This document shows positions 51,561-64,000 of a DNA stretch of 64,000 nucleotides, one piece after another. The stretch spans positions 104,348,001 to 104,412,000 of the forward strand of contig NC_045697.1 in NCBI RefSeq assembly GCF_009834535.1, read 5' to 3'. Source of the DNA: Camelus ferus. Taxonomy: Eukaryota. The notes beneath the pieces were generated by a model that saw only the letters and a program-made list of their open reading frames with translations, did not search any database and was not told the DNA's origin. A program made the translations under genes and the position numbers. The stretch's first letter is position 1; every line of letters begins with the position of its first letter.

Positions 51561-54500
51561 TTTCAAAATAGTCCTGCTAGTCTCCTCTGTCTTAAAACAA
51601 TAGGCTAGCTATCGAAAAAGGCATAATAAAAGCTGAAACAGCATTCTATCTGTCTAGAAATTATTTATGCCTTTTCACACACTCAAAGAGAGTGCATATG
51701 TTCATAGTGGGGACAAATGCCTGCACACACAAGGCAGAAAAATATTATTACTGCCCACACATATCCACTTATTTCTATCTAAAGAAGCACAAGGACATGC
51801 AATTTGGATTTATTGCATCATTAGCCTTCTGAGTTTTAAAACCCTATTATCTGCACTCTTCTGAATTACTTAAGACATCTAACAAGGTAGCGGTATTAGC
51901 AAATTCTGCATTTATCGCATCATACACATAGGATGCACTTAATCAACCTACAGAAGGTGAGATTTAAAGGAGTGAAAGCAGGCTTTTGTCAGGTGAGAGC
52001 AGACACTAAGGTCCCTAGAGTGAGGCTTCTGTGTGTCAAAAAGCACCAAAGAATTAGTGGATGTCAAGACTGTAGGATATTATTTTACAGGAGAGAAAAT
52101 TTGGAGAGGATAACCAAAGAGAAAGCAATAAAAAGAAGGGAAGGGCAGAGACTCAAGGTCACATCAGTTCAGCCAACCTGGAAGAGTAGGTGAGCTTTCC
52201 ACGGGTGAGGTTCCTAATTTGAAATATCCCTTAAATTATTCTCTGGTTCCCAGGACACCCCCAACCCTACTCCCTGCCCAGGGAGAAGTTAGGGTAGAGC
52301 TGCTATTGTCTCTATTCAGTATCACCAGAAGGATTTACATTATTTCTCTCACTATCTAGGTGGTCACCACTGCTATTGGATGAGGTGACATTTCAGTCCC
52401 TTTTTACAGATGGATTCATCACAGATGTGTAACTGCAGTGAACAAGGACCCTGCAGGACCTCCAAAGATCCAGTACTTTTGACGGGATTTCAAAGATGTG
52501 ATTTTCTCACCCAGAGCATAGACATGGGTCGTCCTTACTGAGTCAAAGGCAGTCAAATGATAAACAAAACATATCAACTGGTTTCAGGGCCCCTCACCAT
52601 CAGCAGAAATGCTCCAATTTGAAATGCCCTGTTAACTGACCTACATAATGTGAAAACTACATAAGAACTTTTCTAAAACTTCTGGGTGTTATTAGAAACT
52701 TTTAACTGGATATTTCTGAAAGACAACAAAGAATCGCTACATGTGTCTTAAATTTATAAAGACCATCGCGGTCTAAAACAGAAAACAATAGAACAGCTCA
52801 GTCCTGGGGTTCAGGCGATGAGCAAGGAAAAGCAAGCATCCCCCTCTGCACCAGCGTCTGTCTGTCTGAATCTCTCTTTTTTCCTCCCCACTCTCAGTCT
52901 GCCTGATCCTCTAACTGAAGGCTAATGTTCTCTTTCCAAATGGAAATACATACATGTTCTGGACACACTAAGCCATCAGCAAAACCATACATGTGTGGAA
53001 GATTAGCCAAACTCAACCCAACCACCCAAATCTTACAAGAGACTCAAGTTGGGCTTAAAATTGAAGCAAATGTTTGAAGCAGTTCTGTGGATGTAGGATT
53101 GGCTCTTAATTGCAGTCTTTTCAAAAAAGGGTAATTTCCTAACAGATATTTCCTAACCCCAAATTTAGTTACACCCCAAGTATATTCTCAAAGGGGACTA
53201 TCATTCAAATGTATTTAATAGGGACCAGTCATTCTTTAGTCCAGCAATAGAATTCTTTTTTTCAGCGTACAAATCCTATCACCCACCTAATGAATTGTCT
53301 ATAAGACAGGATGTTTACTGAGCCACTTTTAAAGTGACTCCTGCATCAGAATATTTCACAAAAGCAAATTTCCTTCCAGTCCTTCTTTGATTAAATGCTA
53401 AGGGAGCAATCCTAACAAAACAGAATTTGTTCTAAATAATAGGGACTCTTGATTGAAATCAGACATTTAAACTTCAAAAATAAACAATAGGTTCATACTA
53501 CAATGGTTGCCGGTCCTTGGCTTTATCATCAAATGTTTCTTTCTGCTGCCCTGAGAACTTCATTCCAAGAGTATGTTGTATTGAGTCTGATATCTGTACT
53601 TAATCATTGTCATTTTGGCAAATTTTCCCCATCTTCTGGCCAGGATTCATTTAAAGGAAATCTGCTACTTCCATTCTAAAAGCCACCTTTCATCATATTA
53701 AACGGAAATATATTCCTTTTCCTACAGCTTTCATTCTAAAGATTCCAAATTTTCCAGTGAACGATGACTTTAGAGAAACCAAGTAGTCTGTATTTTTAAA
53801 AGTGACTTATTTCCATATCCATAAAAAATGGTATTAACTTCCTATTCCATGAAATAAAGCTAGAGAGTCACTGTTTACTATGGTTCATATTGACAACAAA
53901 GTCCTCTTCAACTAAACCTGTATTTACGTTCTCCTTTCATACAGCAAATCATTGAGCTGCAGCAAATAAATGATACAGAATCTACTTTCATAGGCAAAAA
54001 TTGATTTTCACTGAGTTCTTCAACTGTGCCTGAAAATAAAATGTACTATTAAAGGGAGCTTGTGAAATTTCAGGAATGTCATGTACTGGTAAACAATTCA
54101 GGACTACATGTGTAAAGAGGCAATTAATTTGTTGAGTAAATGAAAAACAGGTTCTTCTACAGTTATTTTTCTTTACAAACTAACTCTGGGGTGATCTCTC
54201 CCAAATCCAAAGAAGTACGTGCAGTTTTGTTGAGCATGGGGTTCCGCTCCTTAAATCCTGCTTCCCGTAAAACTGCTAACATCTGGCCAGGGGGCAGATG
54301 CTCCATCAGTGAACCTGGGCTGTGCAGCTGCTGTGTCCAGGGAAAGAGTGAAGGGCCTGGGTGGAACAGTGGTGTGTCGCAGGGCACAGCCAACATGGCG
54401 CCCTCTTCCCTGCGGCTGCCTTCCCTTTTCAGACTAAGTCTACCCACACTACCTGAGGTGACCTCAGAGGAAGCAATTAGGGCAAGAAACTTCCCTTCAC

Positions 54501-54967
54501 TTCAAGGAATTTTGACAAAGTGGATCCAAAACAGCCGTCAGAGTCATGAGCCTTTACTGGAACGAGTGACTTTGGAAATCCTTGTGAGAGAGAGAGGGAG
54601 GCATTGTCTCCACCAAGCCAGGTCATAATGATCATGGCCATCTTCCTCTTATGTCTGTTATCTCGTCTGCTTATCGTATGCCGCATCTTCTATGCACTGT
54701 CAGTCTGTCAGGGAGAACAGTCTCTATTTCAGGTATGGGAAGTCTCATGTATATACAAGGAGGCAGAACCATGTTCTCATTCAATAAACCAGCTCAACTA
54801 AATTATACCAATTAATGAACTGGCTTCCAGTTTTAGGTGCACTGGTCATGTCCTCAGATCCCTCACCTAGGCTCTTCCATGCCTCCAGCCACAGAATGTT
54901 AAGGACTTGGGTTCGAGTCAAGAAACCAGTATCCAAACTGCAGCTTCATCACTTATTTACAAGCCTT

Positions 54968-55514
54968 TGTATTATCTCTGTCTTTTGTTTGTATTCTGAT
55001 GCTTTGACATCTGGAGCCTTGCAGACCATGGAGGTATATTGCCCCTCCCAAGTTCCTAGAGACAGTAAAACACTTCCTGTTTTTCAAATGCAAACCAAGC
55101 ATCCAGAGCCCACACCCCTAACCACCTCCTAGATAGGGCTCTCACACTCCAGACCACAATCTGCCTGCCCTACTTTCCCCCAGACCGGGTACCAAGGCAA
55201 CCAGGGACAACACACATACTCCAGAGCCCACTGGAGTTATGCAAACTAGCCAATCCTACACTCGCTTCCCTGCCTCTATGCCCCTTCCCTGGGAAGTCAC
55301 AGTAAAGGCTCTTGCCCACAGTTTCCCTTTCTCCCTCTGTCTCCTGACTCCAGTGCTTCCCCATGTGCCCCCACCACCTCACTCCCTTCCACTCCTGGCA
55401 TGGTATGCCCCTTCCTCTTGGTATCTGTGAGTATAACAATCTTATCAGTAGCAATCCTGTTCTGATCTATTGGCCTTACCCTATCTTAATAATAATAAAA
55501 CCTGTAATAAAACA
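54968..55514 (+). mobile_element. ERVL solo LTR (MER74-like) inserted in a MIR (54895-55670)
   Basis: 'tgtatt...tgatgctttgacatctggagccttgc...ttcctagagacagtaaa' ... 'aataaaaca'; the MIR resumes with 'gctgtgtgaccttgg'. Confidence 0.85.
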
Positions 55515-55671
55515 GCTGTGTGACCTTGGAAAAGGGACAGAGCTTCTGCCTCCATTTCTTCATCAGTAAAAAGAGGATAATAATCTTTCTCATGGTGCTC
55601 TTGTGAGGATCAACTGAAATAATACATATCATGTACTTAGTGTATAGTAAGTGCTCAGTAAATACTGATGC

Positions 55672-55810
55672 TCCACGTTAACAGATAAGGAAAGTAGGAT
55701 TTGAAGATAACTCATTAAAGGCCATATAGATAGGAAGATGTAGAATCTAAATGTTACCCAGATGTATCTGACCCCAAGCCCGTTCCTCTTTTCACATCAC
55801 ACCACCTTCC
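55672..55810 (-). mobile_element. MIR fragment
   Basis: 'acagataaggaaag...aaggccatataga...tctgaccccaagcccgttcctctttt'. Confidence 0.65.
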
Positions 55811-56533
55811 CCAGTTGAGCTTGGGCCCTCTCCTCTTGTACTCTGAGCCCCTATAACAGCAGTAAACACACATTGCCTTGGATGACTGTCAGCAATGCAC
55901 AAGTACATCACAAAGACAGCATGTGCTCAGTACATTGTTTGAAAGAAAGGAAAAGAAGGAAGGAGGGAAGGAGGGAGGGGGAAGGAAGGATCTTTTCTAT
56001 TCCAGAAACACAAATTAGAATTTTTTTCTCCTGGTGCCTTTTTTTCTTGATGGGCCCCAACTGCACCCTCAAGTAAAGGTGAAATGGCTTTATCCTTAGT
56101 AATAAAAATCTCCAACCAGGAAACACTCATCCAGTTACAGAAATTTCTCTCTATCAGCCTCTCTTTTTTATGAACCCAAAGCTTCTAATCAACAACTTCT
56201 GCCAAGCTTCCTAACCTCTAGCCTGCAAGATGTCTTTTAAATGCCACTCAGGTCCGCTCTGAGTTCCCCATGCCTCCAAAAGCTTGTATGTATTCTTCAG
56301 TTACCAATTCTCTTCCTTCTTTCCTTCTCCTCCCATTCTCCTGACTCCTGTTTCTGAGCATCCCAACTTCAAGTGGCCAAGAGACATCAAATTAACATGT
56401 TACAGCTTCACCATCTTTATAGAACAAACATTAGTGATAGAAAGAGCTGTTTGAACACTCTTGACCCAAACTAACAAGTAGTATTCTCGCTTCTTATAAA
56501 CTACCTATGAAGGGATTTTATTTAACATTTGGG

Positions 56534-56846
56534 TAGAAGTTGCAAACTTAAGTGTCTCCAGGGGGAGCAGAAAGGTGTCCTGAAAATGAGTGAAACTGTC
56601 AGGTGGGCGACTGTAGGAGCCTGGAAAGCACGTGGTCTTCAGGCAGCTCATCAGCCCCAACGGGCTCCTTTGTGCCAAGAGAGTCCATCTGGTCGAGCAC
56701 CCACATTTTCAAGGAAAACTAAAAATCGGTATTTTTATGTGAAGAAACTCCCTACATTAAAAGGTTGATAACTAATTCAGTTTTTTAAAACACTGTATAG
56801 GCCAAGTGAAAGCACTTTTGTGCTAGTTTGAGTATAAAGACCTCCA
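56534..56846 (+). mobile_element. MER102-like hAT-Charlie element
   Basis: 'gttgcaaact...aaatgagtgaa...ttttcaag...tttttatgtgaa...aactaattca...aaacactgt'. Confidence 0.75.
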
Positions 56847-58289
56847 CGTTAAGACTAAGTGGGGTTTCAAAAACGGGTTATACTTGTTGGTTTTTCATCT
56901 TCTTAAAACATCTTTTATCCACCCACTTCGTGTCCTCACTGCCACCAACCTTGCTGATGCTACCAGTATATCTTCCCCTGAATGTTGCCCTCTCCGTCCA
57001 AGTAGAAGGCACCATGCACAATGTAGTCTGCTTTATGTTTTACTTTTTAATGGATAATTTCAACCAAATGTACCCTAGGCATAATGTAATTTAACTAAGT
57101 CCATGTGCCCAACTATATTTTCATCTTTTATGCTGACGTTAATTTATTTTAGAATAATTTATTTCAGAATTTTAAGTTGAAGGTCCTAATTGCTTGTGAC
57201 AAAAAATAAAAACTGATAAAATCTCTCCAGATTTTTTTCCCTCAAAATGCATGCATACATACATACAATAATAGAAAATACACAAAAATCAACTGGCCAA
57301 AATTAAATAAGAAGGCCAAAATTCATTTTCAACCACCAAAATCAATTTAGAGCTTTTAGAGTCAGCCTTAGAACATCACAGTTTCCCGTGATTCGTGATG
57401 ACAGTCAGATCCTAGCAGGGGCCTCAGGCTTTTACAGTATTGGACCTCGGATTTAACGTCTCCTTTCAATTAGCAATAAAATAATTTCTAATTTTTGTTC
57501 AATATGAAGCCCATAAAATCCTAGCCTGCTAATGGACAAATACGTTTTTAAACAGATATTTGGTCATACTCTTGGTCAAATCATGGTTCCTCGGAATGCA
57601 ACAATGTATCAAAGTATAATTTCTAAATCTGTTATGGCATCAGAGACAAGGATTTAAACCAGGTTAAATCCTGCTAAATCTAAATTTTGCTGTATTTACA
57701 TTCAGGATAGAATCTTTTTAAAAAATTTTAATTAATTTCTACTTCTCTGTTCAGTTTTCCTGAAAAAAATGAGAGCACAAGACAGGAAAATTTTAATATG
57801 ATAGATTTCACCCTTATTAGCCTTTGAGAAAACAACTTCTGTAAATTTATTAATCAAAGCTAAATTTTCTTTTCTGCAGCCTTTGTCTAAACTTTAATTT
57901 TATATTATATGCATTTCTCTACTGCCATTATCATTTCTTAACATATAGAAACCAGGACTGCATGAAATAGTCCAGATATTTATTCACTTTATTTTTGAAA
58001 ACTGATTTCATTAACTGTCACAACTCCAATAATTTTCATTAGCATTCCTCATGTGCCACCATCCACACACAGGCAACACCCGAAAACTTTCTTCCACCTA
58101 AAACTGTCCCATGACAAAACTATTAATCACAAACATCTCTCCTCCTGACCCCAATCTCCTGATTTTCATTTTCTCTTACTCTGTACTCTCATTTTACTTC
58201 TTGTTCTACTTCAATGAGGTCATTAGACTTTTTCTATATTTTCTCCTTTTCTATTAATTACTTATTTAACCTAAAACTATACTACTGTG

Positions 58290-58812
58290 GATAGAAAATA
58301 GTGAGAAAGTAAAAGAGAGGTAAGAGATGAGGTTTGGAAAATCAGGAATGGATGCAATTACACAGGGACTTTTTGGACCTGCAAAGCTGTTGGGATTTTA
58401 TGCTATTGAAAGATTTTATTCTATGGAAATTTTATTAAAACCCACTTAAACATAAAGGTGACAATCTTAATTATAATTTTAAAAGATCATTCTGGCTCTT
58501 ATAGAAGAAGAGTGTAAACAAGGGGTCCAATAAAGAGGATAATATAGAAATCTGGGTAGGAAATGATAGCATGTTGGACTTGAGTGATGATAGTGAAGAT
58601 GAAGAGGAATTAATAAATGTAGTATGTATCTTGGACATACAATAAACAGGATTTGTTGATGGATTAGCTGTGAAAGATGAAAGGAAAGGTCTTAATTGAT
58701 GACACCTTAGTTTTGAGTTTGCATTAATGACTGATTAGTGATGCCATTTATTGATATGGAGAAGATTTAGTAAAGACTTGTTTGGGATGAATAATCAGGA
58801 ATTCCATTTTGA
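58290..58812 (-). mobile_element. L2 LINE remnant
   Basis: 'ttttaaaagatcattctggct', 'acaggatttgttgatggatt', 'tgatgccatttattgatatggagaaga'. Confidence 0.8.
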
Positions 58813-58980
58813 GAGGATTCTGGCAAGGTAGCAGTGGCAGTAAAAGCATGTTTTTATCCTCACCAAAACCCAGGCATAAAAAGAGAAGAGTTCACGAGAC
58901 AGCAAAACTAAATAGGCAGCAGCTAAAACAAAACTAGATGACAAGGTACCTTACAAACCCCAAAATACTAGTGAATGGAC
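58813..58980 (+). mobile_element. L1MD-like 5' terminus
   Basis: 'gaggattctggcaagg...acaaaactagatgacaaggta...aaccccaaaatac' resembles old L1M 5' ends. Confidence 0.55.
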
Positions 58981-59004
58981 ACGTACCATCCATATCTGTA
59001 ATGC

Positions 59005-61495
59005 TATATATTCATGAGAGATATTGGTCTTTATTTTTTCTTTTCTGTACTGTTTTCATCTGCTTTTAGTATTAAGATAATAGTAGCTTCATATTGTGAA
59101 TTGGGAATTATTCCCTTCTCTTCTATTTTTTGGAAAAGGCTGTGTAGAATTGGTGTTAATTTTTCTTTGAACTTTTGGTTGAATCCTCCAGTGGCCTAGA
59201 GATTTCCTTTTTGGGGGAGACTTTTAATTAAATTTTATTTCCTTAATAGTTAAAAGCCTATTCAAATTAGCTATTTCAAACTGCGTGAGTTGTGGTAGTT
59301 TGTATATTTTTGAAGGAATTAGCTCATTTCACCTGAGTTGTCACATGTATGCATGTGGAGTTTATTGTGGCATTCCCTTATTATCCTTTTAATATCTGTA
59401 GGATCTGTAGTGATAGTAGTCCCTGTTTCAGTGCCTGTAGTATTGTTACGGGTAGTATTTTAATTTTATTTCTCTTTGCAAAACATCAACTCTTTATTAC
59501 ACTCATTTTTTCTGTTTTTTGTTTTCAATTTTTATTTATTTCTGCTGTTTATATTTCATTCTTTCTGCTTGCTTTGAGTTTATATTGCCATTATTCTTCC
59601 AATTTATTGTGGTGGGAGCTTAGATTATTGATATGCGACATCCCCTTTTCTTATGTACATACTCAAAGATATAAATTCTTCTCTCAGTATTGTTTCAGCT
59701 CTTTCCCACTATTTTCATTTTCATTCAGTTAAACATCATTTTTTATTTCCCTTGAGAACTCTTCCTTGATCTAAGGATAATTAAAAGGTATATCGTATAA
59801 TTTCCAAATGTTTGGAGATTTTCCCATTCTTTCTGTTATTGATTTCTAGTTTGATTTCACTGTAGCTACAGAGCACACTCTGTATAATTTCAATTCTTTC
59901 AAACGTGTTGAAGTTTATTTTATGGCCCAGAATATTCATTTTGCTGTTTTGGGGTGTAATTTTAGACAAATATCAATCAGATACTATTGGTCAAGGGTGT
60001 TGTTGAGCTCTTATGTATTCTTGCTGATTTTCTGTCCAGTTTTCCTATTAATTGTTAAGAGAGGATTTTTAAAGTCTCTAAATATAATTGTGATTTGTCT
60101 ATTTCTCCTTTCATTTGCATCAGTTTTGGTTTCATATATTTTTCAGCTTTGTTAATAAATGCATATACATTTAGGATTGCTATGTATTCTTGGTGAGTTG
60201 ACCTATTTACCATTATATAATAATCTTTTCTGTCTCTGGTGGTTTTCTTTGTTCTAAAGTGAACTTAATCTGATATTAATATAGCAAACTGAGCTTTTCT
60301 TTGATTAATGTGTGAATGATGTTTTCTGTCTTTTTACTTTCAATCTGCCTCAGTGGTTATGATTGAAATGAATTTTTAATAGACAAAACATAGTTGGGTC
60401 ATTTTATTCATTCAATCTGCCCATCTTTGTCTTTTAATTGGCATATTTAGACCATTTATATGTAACATAATTATTGCTAGGACTTATATCTGTCATTTAA
60501 ATTTTCTTTTCTGTTTATTCTCTTTGGGTTTGTTTTTTTTTTTTTTCTCTATTTCCTTTTGTCTGTCTTCAGTGGGCTACATGAACATTTTTAGAACCCA
60601 TTTTGAATTATCTATACTTTTTTTAGTACCCAACTTTTTCAGTAGTTGCTATAGATGTTACATTATCTATCTAGATAATGTAATTATCCAGAGACATTAT
60701 CTAGATATTATATTAATTATATATATTTACTATATATCACAGCTCACAGGTGTCACCATGTTATCAGTTTGTCTGAAGCATCAATACCTTACCTCCCTTT
60801 ATGTCTCTTGATCCTCCTTCATTGATAACATAATTTCCCTAAGCAATTCCTCTTTGTTCATTTAGTACCATGAGTGCTATGATTTTTGTTTCAATCTTCA
60901 AACATAATTTAGAAAACTTATGAGTATAAGGAAAGCCTATTTTAGTTACCCATGTTTTAATTTACTTTGTTCTTCCTTCCTTCCTGATTCTTCTGTGGTT
61001 CTTTCTTTTATCATATTGTTTCTGTTTAGAGAACTTCCATTATAGGCTAGATCTGCTGGTTTCTATTTTTCTATCTTCAAGTTCACTGATTCTTTCCTCT
61101 GTCACATCCATTCTGCTGCTGAGTCCATCCACTGAACTCTGTGTTTTGGTTATTGTACTTTTCAGTTTAATTTTTTTCATTTGATTCTCCTTATATCTTA
61201 TATTTCTTTGTTGAGACTTTCAACTTTTCCATTTGTTTCAAGCATGTTTATAACTTCCTTTTTGATCATTTTTTTTTATCACAGCTGCTTTAAAATATTT
61301 GCCAATCTAACATCTTTGTCATCTTGTTATTGGCATCTATTGATTGTCTTTCTCATTCAGTTTGAGAACTTCCTGCTTCTTGGTATGATGAGTGACTATG
61401 AATTAAGAACCTAGACATTTTTCTGTTATGTTATGAGACTGTATATTATTAAATCTTCTGTTTTAGCTGACTTTCTCTTAAACTGCTCAGGGAAG
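59005..61495 (-). mobile_element. Old L1M body (ORF2 N-terminal region to ORF1)
   Basis: 'ttcatgagagatattggtct', 'tatggcccagaatat', 'tcttcaagttcactgattctttcctctg'; ORF 59781-59969 resembles L1 ORF2 (IEIIQS..IKLEINN). Confidence 0.85.
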
Positions 61496-61927
61496 GAGCA
61501 GTTTTGTTCATCTCCATATCCTTAGTCATAGTGTAATGTAAGGTACATTCCTTCAATCAGTATTGAATGAATTAATGAAAGAAAAAATAGTCCTTTTATG
61601 AACCTAGTCTTTTCAGTATAAGTCTATGTTTACAAATAATCTTTTTTATTAATAGATGTGTGGTTTGACTGAACATAATGGTAATCATCCATACCATAGC
61701 AAATTTATATTAGCCCCTAGAAGTAAAATTAAAATCACCTGCACAATAATCCCAACATTCAATAATAACTGCCATTAAACATTTTTAGTTTATACTCTTC
61801 CAGTCTTTTTTTCTGTGTTTATGTGTGTATAAGGAGGGAAAATCTTGAAAGTATTAAAATAATGTATTTTCATTTCTCTTTGAAGCTCTATACGTGAGGC
61901 AGTTTAAAATGAGACTTCTTCAAATAT

Positions 61928-62200
61928 GAGGCAGTGTAGTGTAGTGAAAAGTGTATAGGCTGTGAGTGTCTCAGTTCAAATCCTGTCTCTACCACTTACA
62001 AGCTATGTAAACATGGACTAGTTATACAACTTCTCTGAACCTCAATTCAGTAGTAAAAGTGGGGATAATGACAGTATCTATCCTGTGGGATTATAGTGAG
62101 GGCTAAATGAATCAATATTTGTGAAGTGTTTAAAATTGTGCCTTGCATCGATTAAGTGCTATAAAGGCACTAGTTAAAGACATAAAATAAATCATCATTA
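61928..62200 (+). mobile_element. MIR SINE, near full length
   Basis: 'gaggcagtgtagtgtagtg...gttcaaatcctgtctctaccacttacaagctatgt...ctctgaacctca...ggggataatgacagtatcta'. Confidence 0.88.
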
Positions 62201-64000
62201 TTCTCTGCATGCTTCTCATCATAACATCCTGAAAAATAACGTATGTAGACAGACTCCCAGCCAGACTAGAAAGGAAATGAAAGAAAAAGAAAACACTTCC
62301 ATGTCTGAAAGAAAGAGGAAGTTATGAAAGGGACAGAGCAAGGAGGTCAAATTCCAAACCTCCGTGGGATATAGGGAATGAACTGCAGAGACACTCAAAT
62401 AAATATCAAAGAATAGCAGAACATCAAAGCTAGCATCCCCCTCTTCCAGGTGTTGTCAAGGGAAGCAGCAAACTCAGAAGCCTTGCCTTCAGGCTGGAGC
62501 CACACCCAATATGGTGCAATAGTGGCAGTGCTTCACTATCAGAGCAAAGTGTAAGAAAAATTTCTCCCACGTTTTATGTGGGATGAAGAAAACCCAGATG
62601 TTTTCTAATACGCCTATCCCAGGGGAAGACTGGTGCCAAAAAAGAGGCCTGGAATCTTAGCAAATAGATATTTCTGAGATTCAGCTCTTCAAAGCAGAGT
62701 CAAGGACAATTGGTGATCAATGGTAGAAGACGGTATCATAGGCCCAACGGGCAGGTGGGACCAAGCACCTCAGCAACAGGTCCATGAGAGAAAGGCCAAT
62801 GCCAAGGGCAACTGGGTGACATCTCTTATGTTGATGAAAATGTAGGAAAATAGGCACTCTCATACCCAACTGAAAAGAATGCAAATTGTTACCACTTTAT
62901 GGAGGGTAATTACAAAAAACCTACTAAAATAATTTTAGTTTATATATTAAGCCAGAAAACACTTAAATATACAAAGATTTTCATTTAAGGTTAGTAAAAT
63001 TTTACTGTATATACAGACAGCAAAAGATTGAAACCCAAAATGTTAACAATGCTGGGAGGCGGATGAAGGGTATTATATTTTTAATTAGAATATTTTCATA
63101 TACTCAGTTTCCTACAAATATTTTAATAGGTTCTGTTTCCTACAAGAAACATCTATAGATTCTTATAAGGAGGAAGACAGTCTTTATAAAAACCGCACTC
63201 TCTTATCTTTAATCCTCTTCCAAGTTAAGGCAGTCATTTTTCTGGAAAGCCTCTCAAGAAAAAGATAACCAAGGTTCTAAGTCTGTAAGCTAAGAGATCA
63301 GATGCTCATATTTGAAATTCAACCAAGACGCAACCACACCTTAAATTCAAACTAGAAATAGTCATTAGCTTCCCATATGTTGTTATTGTGTTCACCACTT
63401 GCCATTTAACTGTGCATAATTGACTATGCAGATTATTTAGAAAAACATTAATTTAGATAAATGGAAGAAATAATTTCTGGGATATTACACCATCAATATT
63501 CCCTTCTTCAGAAAAATACTGTGTATCTCTGCCTTTTATTTCTTGACAGGAAACAAAGACTTTATGGGGAGGAGGAACCCCACAGTCAACGATGAATTAA
63601 TTTTTCTTACTAAAGCTTATGAGTATTTTTCAAAGATTAAATAAATTATGTTTCCTGGTCTATCTTTATTCTGCTGCTTATTTGGCATCTTCAAAGAATT
63701 CTAATAGAAATGACTCTGCAGATAAGTCTTAGTTTTCGTTTTAGTTTCAGTTATAATGAGGTTTTTCCTACACATTTCTGTTGATCAAACAACCTCTCAG
63801 AAGTTTTGGTGTGGGGGAGGGCCTCTTAAATGTTTTTGAATCCATTATGTGAAATGAAACCATCGGCAACCTTTTCAAAGCAAAAACTCAAAGAAGAACA
63901 GTCATCTGATAAGGAAAGCAGTAAAATTGAACATGAAAATACTGGTGGTGAACATGGTCTAAAAGAACCCTCACCTGCGAAGGTTCTTAAGGCCACTTAG

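Noticed and set aside
54140..54628. Longest ORF (162 aa, +) and overlapping 94-aa minus-strand ORF
   Set aside because: No recognisable protein motif and no convincing flanking splice sites; consistent with a chance frame in a locally GC-rich patch.
1..64000. CRISPR array, operon, prophage or other novel multi-gene system
   Set aside because: No regularly spaced repeats and no long ORFs; the sequence is typical mammalian repeat-rich non-coding DNA.

Overview
This is mammalian non-coding genomic DNA, AT-rich and CpG-depleted. It is most likely camelid (alpaca/camel), judged from three tRNA-derived vic-1-like SINEs and artiodactyl-type L1 3' ends. A large share of the window is transposable-element fossils: MIR, L2, L3, L1, ERV1/ERVL/MaLR solo LTRs, and hAT and Tigger DNA elements, often nested. 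I could not recognise any protein-coding exon, functional RNA gene or prokaryotic-type system, and the supplied ORFs look like chance or TE-derived frames. Indirect signs (LTR orientation, A-run asymmetry, well-formed splice signals) suggest an intron of a large minus-strand gene that I cannot name. The most notable items are (i) a ~470-bp poly(A)-tailed, TSD-flanked non-TE insertion splitting an MLT1 LTR, probably an L1-mobilised RNA fragment or orphan transduction; (ii) two candidate non-coding minus-strand exons near 39-40.7 kb; and (iii) a TE-poor, motif-rich block at ~45-55 kb. TE family names come from my recollection of consensus sequences, not from a database search. Boundaries are approximate unless TSDs or TIRs are given.
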